A stretch of 60,871 nucleotides of DNA from Octopus bimaculoides (GCF_001194135.2 NC_068994.1:49319536-49380406); one strand, 5' to 3'. Shown: positions 37,417 through 50,284, counted from the stretch's first letter. Program-made: numbers and translations. Notes: generated by a model from the letters alone, not told the origin.

Positions 37417-37620
37417 TGCAAGAGAATGCTCGAAAGAATGGGAAGCAAAAAGAGAAAGAGTGTGCAGTGTATGTACGTATGTTGTATGTCATTATTCAGT
37501 TTATTTCAAGATTTCTTGCCAATAAGAGAAAGAGCCGGTTTCTAACCTAGATCCAAGGCTCCTTCATTGGAATTCCAACACCAATGTATATATATATGTA
37601 TGTATGTATGTATGTATGGT

Positions 37621-37672
<52 letters not shown>

Positions 37673-38123
37673 NNNNNNNNNNNNNNNNNNNNNNNNNNNN
37701 NNNNNNNNNNNNNNNNNNNNNNNNNNNNNNNNNNNNNNNNNNNNNNNNNNNNNNNNNNNNNNNNNNNNNNNNNNNNNNNNNNNNNNNNNNNNNNNNNNNN
37801 NNNNNNNNNNNNNNNNNNNNNNNNNNNNNNNNNNNNNNNNNNNNNNNNNNNNNNNNNNNNNNNNNNNNNNNNNNNNNNNNNNNNNNNNNNNNNNNNNNNN
37901 NNNNNNNNNNNNNNNNNNNNNNNNNNNNNNNNNNNNNNNNNNNNNNNNNNNNNNNNNNNNNNNNNNNNNNNNNNNNNNNNNNNNNNNNNNNNNNNNNNNN
38001 NNNNNNNNNNNNNNNNNNNNNNNNNNNNNNNNNNNNNNNNNNNNNNNNNNNNNNNNNNNNNNNNNNNNNNNNNNNNNNNNNNNNNNNNNNNNNNNNNNNN
38101 NNNNNNNNNNNNNNNNNNNNNNN

Positions 38124-38341
38124 TAACAAATTTTTTTCGACAAAAACAATAAACATGTGACAAAAACATATTTAAATGATTATGCTTGGAACATATTCAT
38201 CATCTACTTTAGTTACTGCTTCATTTTTCTTTTCAGACGGTCAGACCGTCATTTAAAGATGTTTTTGTTAAATATTATTATTGTTTTTGTTGAACAAAAT
38301 TTATTGAAAAAAAGCCGCAATAATTATGCACCAACCCAATA
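38124..38341. mobile_element. Mariner-derived fold-back MITE (left end in the gap)
   Basis: Right end reverse-complements to TATTGGGTTGGTGCATAATTATTGCGGCTTTTT, similar to Hsmar1/MADE1 TIRs; internal arms 38125-38180 and 38240-38305 are inverted homologues. Confidence 0.8.
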
Positions 38342-40257
38342 TGTGCTCAATCTTTCCGTTAAATGCTTAGTTTATTCTTGATCGGCTACATTCCCGGTGA
38401 GATTGTAAAGAACAGGAAATTGTCTTAGTCTCTCGTATTCATCCTTTAATTCTTAAGACGGTTTATAAAATTTGAAGGTTCTAGATATCGCCGCCATTTT
38501 TAGCTTATGAATTGAGAAGTTAGGTTCTTCCACTAATCCAAGCTCAGTTATACGTTGGTCCAAGCGGGTTGCTATATAACCTGTAACTCTAACAATAACG
38601 AATGTATGTATGTATGTATGTATGTATGTATGTATGTATGTATGCGTGTGTGCATTTCTATATATGGACATTTGTTGAATTGTATATATCTCTGTGTATC
38701 TGCATATGTATTTGCGCAAGTACATGGGTGTGTATGAATGTTTGTATGTATGCATTTGTTGTATGTTGGCATATGTATGTATGTACGTACGTATGTATGC
38801 ACATAGACACATAGACACCTATACACATACACACATACACCTCCATTTCTCCACCTATCTCTCTAGTATTCATCGCATGAGAAAGGACTGGTTTCTATGA
38901 CGAAAAAACGTCAATAAAACTATTCAATCAGATGCTAATTTTAAGAAAACGCTCACATATTTTCACTGTTCCATTTACAGAGTGAATTAAACGACTACAT
39001 ATGAACTTGTCTACTTCTCTCAGCATGAAAAACCCACGACGCTTCGATTATTATTTCAACGCTTAATAAGATAACAAAGTTTACCGATGTTTATAGGTAG
39101 TGATGTAAATATTGAAAGATGTGTTAGGACTTGAATCTGTTATCCACAATAGTATAATGTATGTATGTAGAGATGCATATAGATAAGTGTCTATGTGTGT
39201 AAGTATGTGTATGTATGTATGATTTTGTTTACGAATGTGTGAATGTGTGTGTATATATATATATGTGTGTGTGTGTGTATAGGTGTCTATGTGTGTATGT
39301 TTGTGTATGAAAGTATGTAAGTAATGTGTGCATCTACGTATGTATCTTTCTATGAATGCATGTGTGTATTTAATGCATGTATGCATGGATATATATATAN
39401 NNNNNNNNNNNNNNNNNNNNNNNNNNNNNNNNNNNNNNNNNNNNNNNNNNNNNNNNNNNNNNNNNNNNNNNNNNNNNNNNNNNNNNNNNNNNNNNNNNNN
39501 NNNNNNNNNNNNNNNNNNNNNNNNNNNNNNNNNNNNNNNNNNNNNNNNNNNNNNNNNNNNNNNNNNNNNNNNNNNNNNNNNNNNNNNNNNNNNNNNNNNN
39601 NNNNNNNNNNNNNNNNNNNNNNNNNNNNNNNNNNNNNNNNNNNNNNNNNNNNNNNNNNNNNNNNNNNNNNNNNNNNNNNNNNNNNNNNNNNNNNNNNNNN
39701 NNNNNNNNNNNNNNNNNNNNNNNNNNNNNNNNNNNNNNNNNNNNNNNNNTATATATATATATATATCCATGCATACATGCAGGTCTCTATGCTCACTTGG
39801 AAACACAACTGAAACGCACTAATGACTATCATGACAGACGTAAATTAATAATTCAGGCAGAGACGTTGTTAAATTTTAAAGCCTTTGTCAATAAATATTC
39901 TCTTCCAAACTAATTTTAAATGTTCAAAGCCGCAGGCAGAGCTAACTTATAGAAAATTATATGCAGAGCTGTTGTGTTCAGTATTTATCTTAAAACTTAA
40001 TGGACGCATCATCCTATCAACCTATCACCTCATTGCCTCAGCACCTCATCACCTCATCAGCGGGTTATCTTTTCTATAGAAATGTGGTGAACGTACTCTA
40101 CGTCAGCAGTATTTTGCTCTATATGTTCGTCCCAATATTGTGTTGCTTGGTATTGGCCTTATACAGCACTTATTGAACAGACCTACGATCAAACGCATTC
40201 CTGCAGTGACCATCCTGCATTTGAACGGTCATGTGATACTACATTGACTAATGTTTA

Positions 40258-40378
40258 CATTACTCTTTACTCTTTACTCTTTTACTGGAGCCCCGCCTTT
40301 AGTCGAGAAATTCGACCCCAGGACTTATTCTTTGTAAGCCTAGTACTTATTCTATCGGTTTCTTTTGCCGAACCGTTA
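40258..40378 (-). mobile_element. SINE-B 3' fragment with internal deletion
   Basis: (TTACTCTT)n tail, GTCGAGAAATTCGACCCCAGGACTTATTCTTTGTAAGCCTAGTAC. Confidence 0.88.
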
Positions 40379-41715
40379 CGAAAAACAGAATAGAAATGCT
40401 TCGATATATGCGAGGAAGAATGTCTACATTCTGGTGTGCATTGGTTAATAGTAAAGAAAACTCCTTGGAACTCTTGACATGTATCTCTTCTCTGTGTAGT
40501 AATTTTATGTAAAACAGTTCCTATTTAGACCCAGGGCAGTCCTGAATGATCTGACTAATGGTGATCAAAGTTATTCCAGCCATGACCACTTTATCTTTTT
40601 CTGAAATATTGGGTAAATCGGACTACATCAACGTATGTGTTCCAAGGCTTTCAGGAACACAACTTTTCTGTAACGTGGTGTGTGCCTGTACAAATACATA
40701 CTTACAGAGGGGTATAACTTGAAAGTAATTTGGTTACTATTTTTGCAAATCGCAGAAACATTACTGGAGATAGCCACAGCGGAAACAAGGAGAGAAAGGA
40801 GAAGAGCTTACATCTTATTCGATCTTCAAAGTATTAGCAAGAAAAATCTCCTTCACGTTCTACCACCGTCATTATTATTTTTTTTAATATGCAGATGCTG
40901 TCAGAGGGATACCTAACAAAAAAATCTGCCTTCCCAATCTGAAGCCTCTGCTCAGTTTTATTTATTTTTTTTGCAGTCAAATTCTATTATCTTTGGATTT
41001 GTGGTTACTTCCATTTAAGGTTTCCAGCTCGTAATTTTCAATGCCAACAGAACAAATTTCCTTTATAGTCCAATTAAATATATCTAATACTTGTATCAGT
41101 GCTCGTTTTTGAAATGCATTGTAGGATAATTCTCGTTGCAATACGTGAACGATTCGGACAGACATATCTTTTTTAAACCTTTGTGTGGTATACTTTGATC
41201 ATCTTTGTTTCATTGTTCACTGTACAATTGGATGAGATACAGTTTCCTCAATACCTATGTATTAGTAGGACGCTGTATCTCATACATGTGTATTTGTAGG
41301 ATTCACCGTGTGGAACAGGCAAAGAGAGACAGAGATAGAGAGAGCGTGGGGAGAAGATAGAAAGAGAAACCATTGATGTAGATACTTTGGGTGTTTCGAA
41401 ACCAGTTCAATCAACTGTGAAGTTTCCTTTTCATTAAATTCTGTCTGTCATCTGAAAACGCTTGTTATTAAATCCATCTGTTACTCCACATTGTAAATAT
41501 TTTCACCTCCTACCATTAACAAAGAAATCACGGATCACGTTTTCGTTCTGCATTCGTGCGCCCTCTTATAGATAACTGCTATTTGGAGGATGCAATGTGA
41601 GTTAGGCAATGTTGTAGACTGCTCAGTCTTCAATATATGCTTTTACCCTTGTAGTTTCTTTATGCATGTATATAGATTATATAGATAGATAGATATATAG
41701 ATAAATAGATATTAT

Positions 41716-42105
41716 AGGTATGTGGTAAGCAGCTCGCTTCCCAACCACATAATTCGGGGTTCAGTCCCATTGCGTAGCACTTTGGGCAGGTGTCTTCTAC
41801 TATAGCCTTGGACTGACCACCAAAATCCTGTGAGTGAATTTGGTAGATGGAAACTGAGAGAAGCCCGTCGTACATATAAATAAATAGATAAATAAATAAA
41901 TAAATATATATATGTATGCATATATATATATGCATATGCTTATGTCTAAATCTGTCTTTGCGTCTCTGTTTGTGCCCTCATCACCGCTTCACAACTGGTG
42001 TTGATGTATTTACTTAGCGGTCCGGCAAAAGAGACTGATAGAAATAACGGCAGGCTTCTTTCAGTTTCCATCCACTAAATCCACTCACAAGGCTTTGGTC
42101 GAACT
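41716..42105. mobile_element. SINE-B cluster (minus 41716-41875, plus 41945-42052, minus 42053-42105)
   Basis: Segments match the SINE-B head/CORE, 3' part and middle, respectively. Confidence 0.8.
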
Positions 42106-42146
42106 ATGGTGAAACATAATATACTTCACAGCTAATCAAAATGAAA

Positions 42147-42184
42147 ACTTCCCCGGAAGTGAAAGAAAACGCCATTTATCGATA
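42147..42184. promoter_or_regulatory. Cluster of ETS-, YY1- and DRE-like motifs
   Basis: ACTTCCCCGGAAGT (CCGGAAGT), CGCCATTT and TATCGATA within 38 bp; motif match only. Confidence 0.25.
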
Positions 42185-42481
42185 TTTCACTTTTTTTTTC
42201 TGCTCATCACATGCCGGATATTGCCCCGCTTCCGAAATGAAATCGAATTAGCAGCTAGAAGTATATATAAATAGTGTATAAATTTATTCCCTGTTGTGCA
42301 AATTTTGTGTTAGAATCAGTTCAATAATGTAAACATTATTAATCTCCCACACTTCAAAGCTTTGACGTATATTAAGATTTTTAACACTATACGTCTTTAA
42401 AGGGGCGTAATATCGCAGCTTTTTAGTGGTTTACCACACAGACACACACACACACACACACACGTATGTATTATCTTTTAT

Positions 42482-42662
42482 GTCTTACTTGTTTCAGTCA
42501 TTAGGCTGCGGCCATACTGGGGCACCGCCTTGAAGAGTTTTTAGTCGAACGAATCGACCACTGTACTTTTTAAAGCCTGGTAATTATTCTATCGGTTCAT
42601 CTTTTGCCAAACCATTATGTTATGGGGACGTAAACAAACCAGCACCGGTTATCAAGCGTTTG
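42482..42662 (-). mobile_element. SINE-B 3' half
   Basis: CTTGTTTCAGTCATTAGGCTGCGGCCATACTGGGGCACCGCC...TATCAAGCG. Confidence 0.88.
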
Positions 42663-42992
42663 TTAAGTATGTGGTATTGATAGATTTTACATTAGTCAGC
42701 TGCTTCTAGCACAAAATTTGAACCAGACATATGTACGTATGTGTGTGTGCGTGTGTATGCATGTGTGTGTGTGTGTGTGTGTGTACGTGTGTGTGTGTAT
42801 ACATACACACACGCGTGCGCACAAACATCGAATAGTAGCTGTCAGTGCTCTCTATCTGTGAGTTAAAGACATTTTCCAGTTGAGGAGCCCCCCCCCCTTA
42901 TTTTTGACTAATCCGCGGGAGAAGGCAGCTCCTCCAGAAGAAAAATACTCTGGCATACAATTAAACAGTTAGAATAATACCAGTCATCTCGC

Positions 42993-43075
42993 ATGGCGAC
43001 AGAGAGAACCTTGTATGGTGACAGAGAGAACCTCGAATGGCGAGAGGGAGAACCTTGTATTGTGACAGAGAGAGA
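42993..43075. repeat. 22-bp minisatellite with alternating variants
   Basis: Units at 42993, 43015, 43037 and 43059; consensus ATGG(C/T)GACAGAGAGAACCTTGT. Confidence 0.9.
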
Positions 43076-43729
43076 GAGCGGCAAAATTGTACAAGCTTCC
43101 GTTACTGAAATCCTGTGCTGTTCAGATATTCCATTATCATCTGACGAGATTGGGCAATCGCCATATATGCATTAATTTTTACAAGGAAACAGTTGACGGC
43201 GACTTCGAATTTTCGTTCAGCATGATTTATCGAATTGTCATCTGTTTAATAACGGGCGAGGAAGTCGAAACTTCGAACACACTGCTAAAAAGTTTTATAA
43301 AAAAAAAAACTTTTAAAAGTTTATAAATATTTTGTCTTCTGAAAAATTTTGAGTAATCCTTGTTCCTTCCGTTTAATGTTAAATTTGTTTATATCTAACT
43401 TCATATAAAAACAAACATTAAATACATGTATGTATGTATATATGTATGTATGTGTGTATGTATGTATAGTGCGATTTAAATTGCATGACATATAACCTTT
43501 GTTTAGAACTCCATGTGCATACTTAAGCATTGAAAGAAAATCTGCAAGGAAAATTCTTGTCTTCAGTTAGAAAGATCATTGAGTACATATAGAAGAAAAA
43601 AAATATGGTGACTTGCTTCATGAGTTGGATCATGTGAATTGGTATATGCATACATGCATAGATAGATAGATACATACATACATATATATACACACACACA
43701 CACTTGTGTGTATATTTATATAAGAACGT

Positions 43730-44000
43730 GGGAGCGCGTGCTTTAGTGGTTAGGGTGATGCACTCAAGATCGTAAGGTTGTTGTTTCGATTCCTGGAACA
43801 AGTGATACATTGTGTTCCTGAGAGAAACATCTTATTTCACGTTGCCACACAGTCCACTTAGCTTGCGAAACGGCTGACCCTGCAACAGGCCGACGACACG
43901 TCCGTGGTGGTGATGGTGGGAGGGGGGGGGCGAGAAGTAGAACCATTGCACAGATTTCGGGAAACCTACCTTATGAGTCACAAGCTCAGGCAGGACTTGT
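43730..44000 (+). mobile_element. SINE-C, diverged
   Basis: GGAGCGCGTGCTTTAGTGGTTAGGGTG...GTTTCGATTCCTGGA...TTGTGTTCCTGAGAGAAACA...GGGAAACCTACCTTATGAGT. Confidence 0.8.
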
Positions 44001-44043
44001 ACTTAAATGTGAACGTGAAGTTCGTAATATTGGTTTAAAATTT

Positions 44044-44240
44044 TGGCACACGACCAGCAATTTCGGTGGAGATGGAAGTCGATTACATCTACCCCAGTGT
44101 ACAACTGGTACTGACTCTTTCGCCGCCGAAAAGATGAAAGGCAAAGTGGACCTCGTTGGCATTCGAACATCAAAACATAATGAAGGACGAAATGCCGTTC
44201 AGCATTTTGCCCGGCGTGTTAACGATTCGCTCACCTCACC
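44044..44240 (-). mobile_element. SINE-A, tail type 2
   Basis: Inverted copy: GATGAAAGGCAAAGTGGACCTCG...CCCGGCGTGTTAACGATTC. Confidence 0.88.
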
Positions 44241-44244
44241 GCCC

Positions 44245-44523
44245 GGCGAGCTAGCAGAATCGTTAGCACGCCGGGCGAAGTGCTTAGCGGTATTTCGTCT
44301 GACGCTACGTTCTGAGTTCAGATTCTGCCTAGGTCGACTTTGCCTTTCATCCTTTCGGGGTCGATTAAAAAAATTATAGTTATGCACTGGGGTCGATATA
44401 ATCAACTTAATCCCTTTGTTTGTCTTTGTTTGTCCCTCTATGTTTACATACACACATGCATGCATGCATGCATACATACATATCTCCTCTATGTTTAGTC
44501 CCTTGTGGGCAATAAAGAAATAA
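44245..44523 (+). mobile_element. SINE-A, tail type 1
   Basis: GGCGAGCTAGCAGAATCGTTAGCACGCCGGGCG...CTTGTGGGCAATAAAGAAATA. Confidence 0.92.
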
Positions 44524-44540
44524 ATATTGGTTTCAAATTT

Positions 44541-44757
44541 TGGCACAAGGCCAGAAATTTCGGGAGAGGCGGCAAGTCGATTACATCGACCTCAGTGTTC
44601 AGCCCTGTGCTTATTTTATTGGCCCCCGAAAGGGATACCGAGAGGATGAAAGGCAAATCGATCAGGGTATAATTCGAACATCAGAAGGTAATGACAGGCG
44701 AAATGCCGCTTAGTACTTTACCCAGCGTGTAAACGATTCTGCCTTGCTCGCCACGTC
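44541..44757 (-). mobile_element. SINE-A, tail type 2
   Basis: TGGCACAAGGCCAGAAATTT...GTCGATTACATCGAC...CCCAGCGTGTAAACGATTCTGCC. Confidence 0.85.
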
Positions 44758-45409
44758 AGCCGTATGTAATATTGATAGTACCACTGCAATATCGCTCGCT
44801 TATACAAATGTTGCTTTTTTTCTTTTCCAAAAATACAAATCCCTTTCACTTATATAACACCATATTGCGTTTCATATAACTATTTTTGAAGGAACAAAAA
44901 TACAAAGACGAAAGCCGTACTATCGAACCTACTTTTCTTCGAGATCTTTTTTTTTTTCTTTTCCATAATTTCTGTTGTCTAAGAAATCACAAGAAAGGAT
45001 GCAAAATTTATAAATGGGTTGCGACATGCAAACATCTCATCAGTTTCTCGCTCGATACAACGGCTCTACAACGGATCTATTGCAAGGCTTTGCTATAATA
45101 TGTGGTATGCAAAGAGCTTAGACAATAGAAACTGGAAACAAAAAATACAAAAAAAATGATGATGAACAATAGAGCAGCTCCAGGGAACAAATGAATTTAT
45201 AGAAGCTGAACTCTAGAATGCTATGCATAATTTATTATATCGTGTAAAATTCGCAATAGGAGAAAGAAAGGGTCTTTTAACGATTTAATGTTATAATAAA
45301 GCTGAATTCTATAGCTTTGCTTTAATAAACTGTGTTAATGGCTTGTTTAGTTCATTGTATTAAGAAACGTATTATAAAGCTGTATTGATTTTGGTTTCTC
45401 ACGTATGTA

Positions 45410-45466
45410 TAATATAATATAATATAATATAATATAATGTAATATAATATAATATAATATAATATA
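45410..45466. repeat. (AATAT)n pentanucleotide repeat
   Basis: Direct observation. Confidence 0.95.
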
Positions 45467-46003
45467 TATTGAAGTAGTATACTTTATATACATCATTGCA
45501 AGATATAGTTAAGGTTGTTTAACAAAGCTGACAATACAAGTGAGGAATAAAGGAGTGAATTCAGAAACAAGAAACAAACAAAAAACACCAAAAAAGAACA
45601 TCTTACACTCTTAGCTTATAATCTGAATATTTCGGGTCTAAAACACATTCATCAAGAGCAAATGAATGATCACGATGAACTGCTATCTTCCAACGGTAGC
45701 CGACCGACCCTGTATCATACATCTGTACGCTATAATATCTACGTTTTAATGAGATAACATTATTTTTTGGCATGTTAACAGGATTTTGGTGCTATAAGTA
45801 ATCAGGAAAATGAGTTCGTTTTGATTACCGTTCTTGCTGAAACAGGTATAGGGACAGTTCCTATTTACTTTGTGTCCCACAGGTAGATGGAATTTAATTC
45901 ATGTAGCAGAAAATCAATATGTTGGGCCGGAGGTATACTATACTCATATAATTGGCTTCTGTATTATTTTTTCCATCTATTATATATATATGTATATTAT
46001 ATT

Positions 46004-46080
<77 letters not shown>

Positions 46081-46462
46081 ATATATATATATATTTATAT
46101 ATGTGTGTGTACGTTTGTATGTATGTATGTATGTTGTACGTATCTATATAAGTATGTATATGTCTTAGAGGTCTTTGGAACTTCCTACGTTTGTAATAGC
46201 ACCATTTTTAATGTTGTGCAATTTATCCATTAAATAAACTGATGTATTTTAATTTGCGCCTGGAGAATATGTGTGTGCGTGTGTGCGCGCGTGTGTGCGC
46301 GCGTGTGTAAGTATGTTCTTATGAATACATAAAATCATGGCTACATATATAATCATATATTCATATATGGTTCTGCAGATATTTATACATATTTGTATGT
46401 ATGTATACATACACACGTACATACAAACATACACATATATGTGTGTGTGTGTGTATGTGTAG

Positions 46463-46493
<31 letters not shown>

Positions 46494-46721
46494 CCTATAT
46501 ACATACCTATATATGTATGTGTGTGTGTATTTTCCGCCAATTTTTCCAAATTTACACTGTTTCTTATTCTAAATATTTCGTCGATTTCTACAAAGAAAAA
46601 TTTCTATTTTAGAGCTTTTTACGCTCAGATGTGTTGTGCGGATGAAATGGTGACTATCCAGTTGTGACCATCCTATCTTTTGCTTCTGAAATATTTCATT
46701 TAGTGTTTACCTTCTACCCTT

Positions 46722-46885
46722 AACTTAGCGGTTCTACCCGTAACTTAGGGGTTCGCCAAAACAAACCGATAGAATAAGTACTAGGCTTACAAAGAATAAG
46801 TCCTTGGGTCGATCTGCTCGACTAAAGGCGGTGCTCCAGCATGGCCACAGTCAAATGACTGAAAGAAGTAAAAGAGTAAAAGAGT
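46722..46885 (+). mobile_element. SINE-B 3' part
   Basis: Internal duplication of TAACTTAG.GG; AAGTACTAGGCTTACAAAGAATAAGTCC...GTAAAAGAGTAAAAGAG. Confidence 0.92.
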
Positions 46886-46989
46886 GCAGTGCTGTTTCTA
46901 CTTCGCGGATTTTTCACCTTTTGCGGGTTGTTTTGGAACGTAACACCAACGATTATCGAGGGGTTACTATAATTCGAATTCAAGGGGCC

Positions 46990-47150
46990 AGATTCATCAC
47001 ACACTGCGTCACGCTGTATCACCCTGAGAACGATGTTCAAGGTATGAGTGTCTGTGGAGCGCTCAGCCTCTTGTACGCCAATTTCTCGAGCAGGCTGTTC
47101 CGATTGGTCGAATCAATACTGTAATACTCATTGTCGTAATAGATGGAAAG
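46990..47150 (+). mobile_element. Interspersed repeat module D, diverged
   Basis: GTGTCTGTGGAGCGCTCAGCC...GAGCAGGCTGTTCCG matches 55695-55862. Confidence 0.78.
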
Positions 47151-47210
47151 CTTATTACATATCTTTTTAAAACTTTGTAGCGAAATCTTACTAAAATAAT
47201 CCTTTCCATT

Positions 47211-48030
47211 ATAGGTACAAAGCCTGGAATTTTGGGGGAGGGGTTAGTCGAGTACATCGTCCCCAGTGCTTAACTGGTACTTCTTTTATCGACCCCGAAA
47301 GTATGAAAGTCGACCACAACGGTATTTGAACTCTGAACGTAAGGACGGACGAAATGCCGCTGAGCATTTTGTCTGACGTAAATATTCCTAAAAATAATGA
47401 CATTGTTTAAGGCCGTGAACTGGCAGAATCGTTAGCACGCCCAGCGAAATGCTTAGCAGTATTTAGTTTACCGTTACGTTCTGAGTTCAAATTCCGCTGA
47501 GGTCGACTTTGCCTTTCATCCTTCCGGTAGTCGATAAATTAAGTACTAGCTACGCACTGGGGTCGATGTAATCGACTTAACCCCTTTGTCTGTCCTTGTT
47601 TGTCCCCTCTGTGTTTAGCCCCTTGTGGGCNNNNNNNNNNNNNNNNNNNNNNNNNNNNNNNNNNNNNNNNNNNNNNNNNNNNNNNNNNNNNNNNNNNNNN
47701 AAGAAGCGTTAGCACGCCGGGCGAAATGCCTAGCGGTATTTCGTCTGCCGTTACGTTCTAAGTTCAAATTCCGCCGAGGTCGACTTTGCCTTTCATCCTT
47801 TGCCCCTTGTGGGCAATAGAGAAATAAGAAGCGTTAGCACGCCGGGCGAAATGCTTAGCGGTATTTCGTCTGCCTCTACGTTCTGCGTTCAAATTCCGCC
47901 CAGGTCGACTTTGCTTTTCATCCTTTCGGAGATCGATGAAATAAGTACCAGTTACGCACTGGGATCGATATAATCTACTACCCTCCTACCCCACAAATCT
48001 TCAAGGCCTTGTGCCTAGATTAGAAATAAT
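47211..48030. mobile_element. SINE-A cluster (minus 47211-47380; plus 47410-47630, 47701-47825, 47828-48030)
   Basis: Four SINE-A heads or bodies, one inverted. Confidence 0.9.
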
Positions 48031-50212
48031 TATTTAAGGAATATTTGACTGCCATTTTGTTTTCTTTTTTTACATCGTGTAACCGAGTAGAGATTTCTTC
48101 GTTGGCTGATAGCAGCAGCGTTGATGCTGTGATTGCAGAGATAACGATGATGGTGATTGTGGTGGTGGTGGTGATAGTGTTGGAGGTATTAACAGGTTGT
48201 TGTTTTTATTGTTGTGTGTTAATGGGTGTGATGAAGACAGTTGCGGTGGTAGTGCGGTTAGTGGTGGCGGTAACAGTTATGACAGTAGTGGTCGTGGTGG
48301 TGCATATATATTTCCATGGAGTTTCTCCATGGAGAAATCATTGATTCCATCGTTCTTTGAACTTGGGTTTTGTCTTTATATTTATATTCTCCATCTTCTT
48401 TCAACTTCGTCTTTTATCTTATTGTTCCTTATTGTTTACCTGTTTCTTAATATATCTCTCCAATTCTCCCCCACCCCACCCACTCTCTCTCTCTTTCCCA
48501 TTCGCTCCCCCCTCTGTCCGAATCGCACTCTGTCCCTCTCCATCTCTTAGTCTACCAACCTATCTAAAAATATGTTTGTGCTCAATCACTGTACACATGT
48601 ATATATCACTCTATCCACCTCTACATCTGTGTATGTATCACGCAGTCTGTCTGTCTGTCTGTCTGTATGTATGTATGTATGTATGTATGTATGTATGCAG
48701 TCATATATGCATGTATGCATGTATCTCTCTCTCTCTCTCTTTGTCTATGTATCTGTCTATCTATCTGTCTGTTTGTCTCTCTGTCTATATGTCTGTTTGT
48801 CTCTCTGTCTATCTGTCTGTTTCTCTCTCTAACTATATGCGTATTCCTCTCTCGCTCTTTATCTATCACGCAATCTATTCCCCTCACTTCATACATACAC
48901 ATATAAATACATGCAGATATTATATATATATGTATACGTATACATATGTATATATATATATATATATATATATNNNNNNNNNNNNNNNNNNNNNNNNNNN
49001 NNNNNNNNNNNNNNNNNNNNNNNNNNNNNNNNNNNNNNNNNNNNNNNNNNNNNNNNNNNNNNNNNNNNNNNNNNNNNNNNNNNNNNNNNNNNNNNNNNNN
49101 NNNNNNNNNNNNNNNNNNNNNNNNNNNNNNNNNNNNNNNNNNNNNNNNNNNNNNNNNNNNNNNNNNNNNNNNNNNNNNNNNNNNNNNNNNNNNNNNNNNN
49201 NNNNNNNNNNNNNNNNNNNNNNNNNNNNNNNNNNNNNNNNNNNNNNNNNNNNNNNNNNNNNNNNNNNNNNNNNNNNNNNNNNNNNNNNNNNNNNNNNNNN
49301 NNNNNNNNNNNNNNNNNNNNNNNNNNNNNNNNNNNNNNNNNNNNNNNNNNNNNNNNNNNNNNNNNNNNNNNNNNNNNNNNNNNNNNNNNNNNNNNNNNNN
49401 NNNNNNNNNNNNNNNNNNNNNNNNNNNNNNNNNNNNNNNNNNNNNNNNNNNNNNNNNNNNNNNNNNNNNNNNNNNNNNNNNNNNNNNNNNNNNNNNNNNN
49501 NNNNNNNNNNNNNNNNNNNNNNNNNNNNNNNNNNNNNNNNNNNNNNNNNNNNNNNNNNNNNNNNNNNNNNNNNNNNNNNNNNNNNNNNNNNNNNNNNNNN
49601 NNNNNNNNNNNNNNNNNNNNNNNNNNNNNNNNNNNNNNNNNNNNNNNNNNNNNNNNNNNNNNNNNNNNNNNNNNNNNNNNNNNNNNNNNNNNNNNNNNNN
49701 NNNNNNNNNNNNNNNNNNNNNNNNNNNNNNNNNNNNNNNNNNNNNNNNNNNNNNNNNNNNNNNNNNNNNNNNNNNNNNNNNNNNNNNNNNNNNNNNNNNN
49801 NNNNNNNNNNNNNNNNNNNNNNNNNNNNNNNNNNNNNNNNNNNNNNNNNNNNNNNNNNNNNNNNNNNNNNNNNNNNNNNNNNNNNNNNNNNNNNNTACAT
49901 ATAATATATATATATATATATACACACATACACACATGTATATATGCATATATATGTCGAGTGTTTGTATGTTTGAAGGTAGTCAGTGAGTTTCGCTTAA
50001 AATAATTTTAATTTCGAAGAATTCCAGATATTATCTTCTTTCCTCATACGGAGTCGTTCGAGATTTTATGTGGTTTCTTTACGTTCTTTTTTCTTGAAAG
50101 GAAGGTAATTTCAAGCAATCAATATTTTATACTGTATCATATTTAATATACCTTCATTCGTCTTTGTTGGCTATAATTCTGCTACATAAGGTATTATACA
50201 GATACATCCATA

Positions 50213-50284
<72 letters not shown>

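Noticed and set aside
40680-41165. ORFs IAETLLEIATAETRRERRR... (+) and MSVRIVHVLQRELSYNAFQKR... (-)
   Set aside because: Short, on opposite strands, no homology recognised and no consistent exon boundaries.
45615-45932. Three possible plus-strand mini-exons (YNLNISG..., DFGAISNQENEFV..., RWNLIHVAENQYVGPE)
   Set aside because: Phases conflict, one join needs a 37-nt intron, and the donors are weak.
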